64,000 nt of DNA, from positions 46,252,001 to 46,316,000 of the forward strand of contig CM060732.1 in NCBI GenBank assembly GCA_030704615.1, given 5' to 3'. Below are positions 35,056-44,258 of this stretch, one piece after another; the stretch's first letter is position 1, and each line of letters starts with the position of its first letter. The notes beneath the pieces were generated by a model, which saw nothing but the letters and a program-made list of their open reading frames with translations, was not told where the DNA came from and made no database searches. Made by a program: the position numbers and the translations under genes. The DNA is from Takakia lepidozioides (Eukaryota; Plantae; Bryophyta).

Positions 35056-35168
35056 GGGAAGGGTCGTTCCCATGGCCCTTCCTGAATTTTCGAGCACCCG
35101 GAACTCGGGCTCCGCCCTCGTTGCCCGTGCTCTCAAATTCAGGAAGGGCCTTGGGAACGACCCTTCCC
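35056..35168. repeat. Palindromic hairpin element, copy B
   Basis: 34-bp arms at 35056-35089 and 35135-35168 pair at 33/34 positions. Inner stem GAGCAC/GTGCTC. Confidence 0.85.
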
Positions 35169-35696
35169 TGATACGGAAGGTAGGGTAGAACGCCCTATGA
35201 CCGCTCACAACCCCATGACTGCTCAGCATTACTGCGCACCCCTACCTCTCAGTACCAATGGTGACAAAGCCTATGACTGCACATATGACAGCAGACGGAA
35301 ATTTGAGTGGTGATGGATGTAGAAGTGCACAGATGTAAAGTCATTGTGATACAATTATATAATCCACATATAACGTTGGAGGATGAACTTTCACACAGAT
35401 GAAAGCAGTTATTAGAGTGTTATTTTGAGATATAGACGTCGATTTTGTAGATTCCACACAGGGCAGCCCATCGGCTCTGCCTTCGATTTTCAACTTGAAA
35501 GATTTCAAACTTATATTTTGAATCTGTGACCTGTTTTGGCACCCCTACTCAAACCATCCTTTTACAAAGCTCTCAATATTTCATTCTTTCTGTTTGTGCT
35601 TCGTTTGCCCTGCAAAACTTTGACACTCTCATTTTTCGAATTAGTGGTTTACTTACTTGGTTGAATAGGCTGCAAATAGGCTGAGATCTGAACACC

Positions 35697-38060
35697 ATGG
35701 TTGGAAGAAGATCCACCATTTGCTCTCCAGCAGTCCCTAGGTCAAGAAGGCAACGCAGTAAAGGACATCGCAGGTCTGAACCAACAACACTTCTTCAACC
35801 ACAAAAGAGGGCTAGAGGCAAAGATGCCAAGAAAAGAGGACTATGGACAGATGAAGCATTGGAAGAGGCGATGGATGCAATTGAGAGTGGAAACATGAGC
35901 ATACGCAAGGCTGCACAACATTGGAAAATTCCTTTCTCATCTGTGAAAGATCATTTGACAGGTAAGACTAGACACCGGAAATTAGGGGCTCCACCAGTAC
36001 TCTCAAAGGAGGAGGAGGCTATGGTGGTGGCCTGGATATTGAAGATGCAAGACATTGGCCACTCAGTTACAATTCAACAGCTGAAATTGAAGGTGACGGA
36101 ATTAACTCAAACAAGAGTCACACCATTTTCTGATGGTATCTCAGGAAATTCTTGGTGGCATTGGTTCAAAAAGAGACATCCACAGCTTTCAATCAGGATA
36201 GCTGAAGGGTTGGAAGTGGCAAGGGCCAAAGCCCTCACTGGCGAACATTGCAAGGGTTTCTACTCTAACTTGCAGTTGTTGTATGAGAAGCAGAAATACT
36301 CACCTTCTCACATATGGAATTGTGATGAAGCAGGATGCATGGCTGGTCGCACCTCCGGAGCAAGGGTGATTGCCAAAAAAGGCTCTCACTATGTGTACAG
36401 CACAATTCCTAAGTCAAGAGAATGGCTAACTGTTCTTGCTTGCGTCAATGCAACGGGGGAGAGAAATCCAGGATATTTTATATTCAAGGGAAAGCGGATG
36501 ATGGCAGATTACATTGCAGATTGTGAGAAAGGGGCATGCATGGCAATGCAAAACAAAGGCTGGATGACAACAGAATTATTCAAAGCATGGCTAATATTCC
36601 TACAAAACAATATTCCAAGGGGGGTCTCACCAACCAATCGACATTTACTGATACTTGATGGACATGGTAGTTACGTTACCATTGAGGCTATTGATTATGC
36701 TATGAACATCGGGCTAGACATGATCACGCTCCCAGCTCACACCTCTCATGCTTTACAGCCCCTTGATGTAAGTTATTTCAAGCCATTCAAAACTTGCTTT
36801 CGTAAAATTCAGGATGCTCAAATGCTGGAAAGAAATTATATGGAACCCGATAAGAAAGCATTAGCTACTTGGGTTGATGGAGCTTTGAGAGAAGCACTTA
36901 CCAAAGATAATATTGTAGCTGGATTTCGAAAAACAGGAATATGGCCATTGAATTTTGTAGCCATGGATGATATTGGACCTTCTGAACAATTCAGCACAGT
37001 TGAGGCGGCAACTTCTAGAGAAGAACCTGGTGTGGACATCCACGATGATAGAGTCAGTGATGATGAAGCTGATTTGGATAGTGGAGTTGATGCTCTTCTA
37101 TTTTTAACTGAAAGCACTAGTCCAACAACAGCTCAGGATCAGCCAGTTGAGACTACATCAATTGGGGAGGTAACACCTTCTCTCAGCCAAGGTCAACCTA
37201 TAGATATTGGAGAAGCAACAACGTTTCAGCCAGAAGACAGTACACCTCAATCAGGATTTGAAGCTGAGTGTGGTGCAAATCCAGATCCAACTCATCACTT
37301 CTATGTTGGCACAAATATTAGCAGACATATTCATGCTACAAGCTCAGTGGCCGAGATGTTTGATGAGACTCTTTCACAGGCAACAGATGTGCAATGCACG
37401 CAGGAACAAAGTCCAGAAAACTTTGCAAGTTTACTGGCCCTCCCTCAATTCCCAGCAAAGCCAACACGAGGGAAAGAGCCTCTAGTGGACTATGCTAACT
37501 CAATTGTCATATCTACGGAGTACAAAACAGCATTGGAGAAAAAAGCCCTACTGAGAGCGAAGGCTGAAAATGAACGAGAGAAGAAAAGGCATGAAAAGGA
37601 GACAAAAGCGAGGCAAAAAGAAAGAGACCAGCGTTTAAAGGCAGACCTAGCAGCTGAGAAGCAGAAAGAAAAACGACAAAAAGCCATCTTTGATTCTCAC
37701 TGGTCAACAAAAAATGTTGCAGCACTTGGCAATGCATTGCATTCAGCCATTAAAAGTGGGGCCACAGTCAATCCGCGGGTGTATCACGGTGTAAACTATG
37801 GAATAACAACTCCAGCCCAACCATATGCACGATACAAAGCATTAGAAAGAAGGAGGGCATTCAGGCGTGGCGAACCTTCAGAACAAGGTGCATCAAGTCA
37901 ACCTCCACTTGCTCCACTTGCTCCACTTTGCAAATCCATGGAGGTCAATCCTAACACCTCTTTCCACCCACCAGGTGTTCAGATTAGAACATCAGCCACA
38001 GTAACTCCCACAGGACATTTTGCACAGTGTAATAGGGTTTTTGCCTCTCACAGTGGCTAA
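35697..38060 (+). CDS. pogo/Fot-like transposase (HTH_psq, CENP-B-type HTH, DDE_1; DD35D)
   Basis: WTDEALEEAM...SIRKAAQHWKIPFSSV, WWHWFKKRHPQL, and catalytic WNCDEAG, LILDGHGSY and QPLDV with 35 residues between D2 and D3. Uninterrupted 787-aa ORF. Confidence 0.93.
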   Translation: MVGRRSTICSPAVPRSRRQRSKGHRRSEPTTLLQPQKRARGKDAKKRGLWTDEALEEAMDAIESGNMSIRKAAQHWKIPFSSVKDHLTGKTRHRKLGAPPVLSKEEEAMVVAWILKMQDIGHSVTIQQLKLKVTELTQTRVTPFSDGISGNSWWHWFKKRHPQLSIRIAEGLEVARAKALTGEHCKGFYSNLQLLYEKQKYSPSHIWNCDEAGCMAGRTSGARVIAKKGSHYVYSTIPKSREWLTVLACVNATGERNPGYFIFKGKRMMADYIADCEKGACMAMQNKGWMTTELFKAWLIFLQNNIPRGVSPTNRHLLILDGHGSYVTIEAIDYAMNIGLDMITLPAHTSHALQPLDVSYFKPFKTCFRKIQDAQMLERNYMEPDKKALATWVDGALREALTKDNIVAGFRKTGIWPLNFVAMDDIGPSEQFSTVEAATSREEPGVDIHDDRVSDDEADLDSGVDALLFLTESTSPTTAQDQPVETTSIGEVTPSLSQGQPIDIGEATTFQPEDSTPQSGFEAECGANPDPTHHFYVGTNISRHIHATSSVAEMFDETLSQATDVQCTQEQSPENFASLLALPQFPAKPTRGKEPLVDYANSIVISTEYKTALEKKALLRAKAENEREKKRHEKETKARQKERDQRLKADLAAEKQKEKRQKAIFDSHWSTKNVAALGNALHSAIKSGATVNPRVYHGVNYGITTPAQPYARYKALERRRAFRRGEPSEQGASSQPPLAPLAPLCKSMEVNPNTSFHPPGVQIRTSATVTPTGHFAQCNRVFASHSG

Positions 38061-39157
38061 GTGGCTAACTATTGCTCGTGGCCTCATGGGCTCTTATGGG
38101 CTGATGGGTTGACTGTCAACATTTTTGGAACAGATGATATGCACGAGCTCTGGCAATGTGCACAGCTGTAGAACTCTAAGAAGCGGCACTAAGTACATGT
38201 CGACTATAGCTTACTACACAAAATTATGGTGAGAAGCTATACTGTTTCAGCCATCAATTTTTTTCAAGTCTCGATTGGTGTTTAAAGTTGCAGAGTTCTG
38301 TGATCGATGTCCAAAGTGGCCAACTATGTTGCAAGCAAGAAATAGAATGCACCCGTGCCTGCGCGTGTTCCAGAGCGTTTAAACGATGAAATGAAGATAA
38401 CATGCTCTCAAGTTCATTGCTAAAAGAGAATGTTTGTCTTGCATAATCCAAACTGCCAGCCTTTGAATATATCTGCACATGCAGAAAAAAAGAGGGGAAG
38501 ATACAAGCGGCGATTGCAAGCATATGCAACAAACTGCAAATAAGAATGCATCGCCAGCGAGGATCCTCACCTGCCGCTGCCTGTAGCAATCTAGTTTTCA
38601 TGCCTCTGCCTATAAAAATCTCGTTTTCAATGTCGAGACTGCCGCAAGAATCAACAGTTACAATCTTCAATCTTATGGTTTCCAATGCACATCTGAGACC
38701 ACACAAACAGTCGCAATCTTGTTCTTCTGCCTCTGGTTGTAAAGATCAATGTCACATTTGAGATAGCTAAAATACATCAGATCCATAACGACGCACAGTC
38801 TGCCGAGATTCAATGGTGCTCAACGACGAAGACTCTTCGCAAAAAGATAAGGGCTCAAAAACACGATCGTAACCACCCATAGAAACCACCCAGATGGTGG
38901 AATCTGGTCCACCTCATCGTGGATGATCACTCACATTAAGTACGATATTTTGAACGGATGAACGGTCTTAGGATTGTGTACTGATAAGCCAATATGTGCC
39001 CTTTAAATGATAGGGTTGACGATGGTAATAAGTGTTCTTGATAGGGGTGCCAAGGCTTGAAAGCGAACGATTATTTTCCATAAGCCATTTAAGACCCCCT
39101 TGACTTTGCAAGCAAGTAATTTTTTTAATTTTTTGTCAACTGGAAAGAGGAAAACAC

Positions 39158-39970
39158 CAGTGTTGGGCGGTTCTTGCATTTGTGAAGGAACCTTCGGTTC
39201 CGGTTCCACAATTATTTCAAGAGACGGTTTCGGATCCAGTTCTGGTTTTTTTTTATTGAGCCAGTTCCGGTCCGGTTCCGGATCCAAGTTTTAAACATGG
39301 GGGCGGTTCCGGTTACCGGTTAGTTGCTGATAAAAACCATCGGTTCCGGTTAGGTTCCGGTTCTATTTTAAAAATATATTTGTTTAATTTAATTAGATTT
39401 AAAATATTTTATCAGTCCGGTAGATTAAATAGCAGTGTATTCACATATTTGAACTAAAATCCAACGATTTTGTTAGTTTTCACTAACACAAAAAAACAAA
39501 CAAAAATACTCTAAATAAACTGGTAGAAGAAAATGGGTAAAATTTTATGGGTTGAAAGTACTATTCAGCTACCTGGCAAGTATTGGCATCTTCAAACATT
39601 TTATTAATGAACTTAGCCAGGATATCATGGAGCTGGAGATTGAACCCAAGATCTCATGGCGCTGAAGCATTGAACATAGAATCTCATGGCCTTCAAGCAT
39701 TGAACCCAGGATCTCATGAGCTTGGGAGCATTAAATAAGTTTTGCCCTGGGCCACCGGCCCCACCAAGGGGTCGAGAACCTGAACCTGTTTTTATCCCCT
39801 TGCGCCCCCTTCTCCGGTTCTCACACCCAACAGGAACTGCCGGTTCGGTTCTGCGCCGATCCCCATTGGCAGGTTCCGGTTCCCGGTCAGGTTCTGTAGG
39901 AATGGGCCCGGTTCCGGTTAACCTGAACCGGCGGTTAACCTGGGTCACGGCGGGTAACCGCCCAACACTG
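39158..39970. mobile_element. hAT-type MITE nested in the pogo element
   Basis: 15-bp TIR CAGTGTTGGGCGGTT/AACCGCCCAACACTG, 8-bp TSD GAAAACAC (39150-39157 and 39971-39978), many subterminal CCGGTT motifs, and three ~30-bp tandem units at ~39640-39730. Confidence 0.92.
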
Positions 39971-40275
39971 GAAAACACTCTCACAATACTTATCTGATGG
40001 GCTTTCCTGTCCATGAAATAATTGTGAAATTCAGCTAGATATATGCTCTCTATGCCAAATTTTGTGCTTATTTGAGTGGTCATAGGGCGTTCTACCCTAG
40101 TAGCTAGTAGCCCTTGCAGGTAAGAATAAGGTAGCCGTCATGTCGTTCGTCCGCTGTTCGTTCGTCGATGTCGCCTTCTTCGTCACAGAGCGTCTTCGTG
40201 CTGCACTCTCCAGCGGTCGCTGCCCTGCGTATCTGCACAAACGTGAAGCCATCCTCGATCAACTTCTGCTTCACG

Positions 40276-42175
40276 ATGGCAGGGAGAGCACCTGCAGGGA
40301 TTCCGGTTGACAAGGAGCAGGTAGTGATGATTCCTCTCTTTTCTCTCTTTCTGTAGTGGTCTGGATCTAGCATCATTTTCCCTGGAAATCGAGGCTTGAT
40401 GGGATTTGTGGCTCACTGGGGTCCTGCAGATATTTGGAATGGCACAGCAGGAAATGGAATACAGAGTTGATCTTTTTAACAAGTGAACACTCGAACCCTG
40501 TCCTGTTTTGGCCTCTTGATTTTTGCCTCACTTTGCCTATTTTTGCAACCACCCCTTACCATCTCTCTGACTTAGCCAGTTCTGCACGAGCTTTGGGAGT
40601 TTTGTGTTGAGATTAGGTCTTGGATGACACAAGTCTTACAACCCTGGTAGTAGTTTCGATGGATTAGTAATGTAGGTCTTTTGTTTGTCCCTATTTATTT
40701 GTCAGCCTTACTATATCTGTCATTCTTTTGGGTCAAAAGAAAATTGTCAGGGAACGTACTGTTGACAAATGGGACGGTGGGAGGTGCAGGCTGACGCAGA
40801 CATGCTTTGACAAGTGCGTTGAAAGAAAGTGAGTGTTCTGCTCGTCTGGTCTTTCTACCCTGTGTGGAACGTTCTGTCAAAACAGAACTCAGAAGGGTTT
40901 TTGACCTGGAAATCCACGTCTGATCCATTCAAGTTTCAATGAGACTAAAGTGTACCTGTCTAGGCACTCCTATTTGAAGCTTTTCCGTATTCCTGCTCAT
41001 TCCTCCTTGTTGCTTTTTGCGCTACGAATAAAGATTCCGTCTAAGCATCATGTAGGTCAATGCTCAAAAAGACTTGCAACACGAAGTAAACCTTTTCCAG
41101 ATAAACGGGGGTCAGCAACGATGTGCTTTGCCAGTCATAGATGGTTGATCACATTCTTTTGCATAGCTTACTTCAAAACAATGCACTTGAAAATGTAAGA
41201 GTCTGGAAACACTACGATTGCTTGGATGGAGAAAATTTCAAGGAACCCTTGCACCTAGCAAGGAGGTATAATCAAGAAACAATTTACAGAGTTTGAGATC
41301 GTCTTGAGTCAGATGCTACCATCAAAGCACTTTGACAATCAGGCCCAGAATCAGTTGATGCCAACACCCCAGGATGGTGCCAGAGTGCCACTCAGGCGTT
41401 TTGGTACAATCCAGATCCTGTCCAATCATGATGGGGGTAAATGGTCTTGCAGGCCCCGGGGCGAAACCTGAATGAAGGGCATGAGGGTTTGCAGGGCAGC
41501 ACCTGATGGAAAAGAAGATGACCACGCATATTTGTCTCTCTCTATCACATGCACACAGATACGCATGTACACACATGTGCCGGCCATTTTTATTATTGAC
41601 TAATGAGGCACGACGACATTATGTGTAGGTACAAGGAGGCAGATTTGAATGTTGGTGAGAGTAGCTGCATCGACCGCTGTGTTGCCAAGTATTGGCAGGT
41701 ATGAGTCATTCAGTCACTTCGAAAACTGAGAATGACATGGGTATTCAAGCACTTTCAAATGAAATCAATCAAGGGGGTTTGGTTGATTTTCTGTCGAACA
41801 AAATACAGATGAGTCTGGAGTTCAATGCGGTTTTGGAAGCTATGGGTTGGTGACAAGTCCCAAATGAGAATTGATTAACAGTATGAGGTTTTATCTTTAA
41901 CGCGGGGGACTTAATTCAGCATTACAGTTGTCAAACCCCAAACTAGGGCTAGTTAAACCCAAGTACGTTCTAAGTCCATCTGATGCCAGAGTGCAGCCCT
42001 AGTACCCAATGTGCTGTCGGAATGTATGGACTACTTACAGAGGTTAGTAGTGAAGTAGCTAAAAACTATTCAAGGAAGAAGAAACTCTGTGGCTTGTTGC
42101 TGATACAATGTTGCCCTGCAGGTGACAGGAATTGTGGGACAACTGTTAGGATCCAGCAGGCCTCCAATGGGTTAG
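40276..42175 (+). CDS. TIM10: Mitochondrial intermembrane space chaperone TIM10. Exons 40276-40320, 40430-40482, 40790-40828, 41629-41698, 42122-42175.
   Basis: Spliced translation MAGRAPAGIPVDKEQIFGMAQQEMEYRVDLFNKLTQTCFDKCVERKYKEADLNVGESSCIDRCVAKYWQVTGIVGQLLGSSRPPMG*, with the twin CX3C motif and phase-consistent GT-AG introns. Confidence 0.95.
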
Positions 42176-42701
42176 CTTGGCAGAATCTTAGACAAGTCTC
42201 CTAGCCCTTTCAACATCTGGCTCAAGATGGCTTCTGTCACTCTATGAGAGATATGTGTTTCATATTCAGTAACAATCGGGATGTGAATCACCAAAGAGGT
42301 TATGATCACAGGTTTGCTCCGAGGTCAATTGGCCATCTATCAAATTTTGATGGTGAAAATTATTTGAGTAACAAGGTGGGGGGTGGGTGGTTGGAGTAGT
42401 CAGGTGGCTCGCAATTGGTATTTGTTGACCATTGAGTTCACCGAGCCGAGTGGGTCACTAGCCTTGATCACTTTCTGGAATCACTCCTGAAAAAATTCCC
42501 TGCTTGTAAAGGCAATGCAAAGTTTGCTGCCACATTCATTATTTAGGTGCTGGGCCCCCTACCCACAGGAGCTTCTGTCTTCCTGGTTAAAAGCTGGTGC
42601 ACAGTACCCGTGTATGTGAAATCACGTTGTAGTGTTTGTAGCACAATCCAAGTGCTAGCACGACAGATTATATCACTCCATTAAGATGCAGTAACACTTG
42701 C

Positions 42702-42846
42702 TAATCAAGCCTGCTGTTAGAATTTAAATTTCAAGATGGTTGTAGTGTGATAGAGTTTGTGGCTATATAGCAGACGCATTAATCAAGCCTGCTGTTAGAA
42801 CTTCACTTTCAAGGTGATTGTAGTGTGATAGAAGTTGTGAGCTGTA
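42702..42846. repeat. Two-copy ~78-bp tandem duplication
   Basis: TAATCAAGCCTGCTGTTAGAA...TTGTAGTGTGATAG at 42702 and 42780. Confidence 0.8.
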
Positions 42847-43081
42847 GGCTCGAAACATGAACTTACTTAAGGCCTGTGGATATGTTCTTTGCACTCACAT
42901 ACAGAGATTCAGAGAAGAATAAACTGTGCCTTGGGGGTTTCCACCTTCACAGCAACTGATATCTTCACTGTTTCCTGCACATATCATTTCTCAATGACAT
43001 AGGTATTGCCTTCTCTCGCAAGAACTATCAAGACGCCTCCTGAGGCAGAGTTTGCTATTTGGTGTTAATTGGGTCCCCGAG

Positions 43082-43277
43082 GGGAGGGTTGCGCCAGCCT
43101 AGGAGGTAGTGCAATACCAAGGCGACGCGCGCGGGCCCTGGCAGCAAGCTGCCGGGTGGGCCCGCACCCGAGAAAAATTAGATTAATATCATGAGACTCG
43201 ATGAGTCTCGTATCAGATATTAAACTGATAAGAACAGATACTACACTTGATCTTAGCCAAAAGGCCGAGAAAGGTAT
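43082..43277 (-). ncRNA. U2: U2 spliceosomal snRNA
   Basis: Minus strand reads ATACCTTTCTCGGCCTTTTGGCTAAGATCAAGTGTAGTATCTGTTCTTATCAGTTTAATATCTGATA, with branch-site pairing GTAGTA, Sm site AATTTTT and loop IV ATTGCACT. Confidence 0.97.
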
Positions 43278-43300
43278 ACGGTAACAGCATAGCCCCACAG

Positions 43301-43346
43301 TTTATATACTTTACTGGATAGTGAATATGTGCAATCGATATGGGAT
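43301..43346 (-). promoter_or_regulatory. snRNA promoter: USE and TATA box of U2
   Basis: ATCCCATATCG (43346-43336; plant USE consensus RTCCCACATCG) and TATATAAA (43308-43301). Confidence 0.85.
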
Positions 43347-44258
43347 AATGTTTTCCATGGGTGATTTATCCTCTTGCCAAACACTCGTTTGTAGGCAAAA
43401 TACATTGTATCTCTGCCCTTTCCCCCATGACGGGCAACCTGAGAGACTCTGCTTTGCTCCAGAGCAACCTGTCAGACCACAGACTTGAGAGCTACAGTAA
43501 CAAGTGTGTTGAATCACTCGCACTTGTTGGAAACTGCAGTGCGCGAGTCTGTCACATAAGAGTAGCAGGATGGGTGTTTCTCCACGGACCATGGCACCGC
43601 TGTCTGCTTCATGCACTGAGTGGAAAGAACATAAAACATGAGTTACTTCCAAGAAGTTTTTGCAGGACCATTCGGGGGAACTCTGGGTGAACCACAAGTC
43701 GGAGGCTGCATTGTTCAATTTGACAGACCAGCAATGTGTAGGGGATGAGATGATGAAAACCCAGCGTCTGCAGAGCGACGTTGCAAGCAATGGCGGCTGA
43801 GATGAAAACGATGAAACGCGACTTTTTAAGTCATGGATTACGCCACCACGGAACACGCTAAGCGTTGCTGTCTCCATTTCCCTTCGTTGGTAGGACTTTC
43901 TGCGTTGGGGACACACTTTATTCTGGGTGATGGGTGGGGGTAGTTGGATTCCAGCTATCAATCTTCTAAATCATGAGAAGAGTATGACGAGATGGGGAGA
44001 AATAGGAGTATGTATATGCAATGACGAGGTAGGAGAGTCGACGACTAAGTTGACGATGCACTCCTGGAGGAATCATGGAGGAATTCAGTGTTGGACGCAA
44101 TGAGAAGAAAAATTCAAGGAGGGCAAAACATTGGGAGTGGCACACCAAGAGATGCAAGCCTTGATTCAAAGCGAGTGGAGTTTTATGGGCATGGCATCCC
44201 CCTGTAAGAGAAGAATTGAACCTTATCAAGAGGTTGAAACTATTTAATTTTGGCGGGG

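Larger units (their letters stand above)
35183..40097 (+). mobile_element. Full-length pogo-superfamily DNA transposon (TA TSD, 25-bp TIRs)
   Basis: TA then GGGTAGAACGCCCTATGACCGCTCA (35183-35207), and TGAGTGGTCATAGGGCGTTCTACCC (40073-40097) then TA. TIR match is 24/25, with subterminal ATGACTGC repeats. Encloses the transposase ORF. Confidence 0.9.

Noticed and set aside
39625-39730. Regularly spaced ~30-bp repeats as a CRISPR-like array
   Set aside because: Contiguous tandem units without unique spacers, inside a hAT MITE in eukaryotic DNA.
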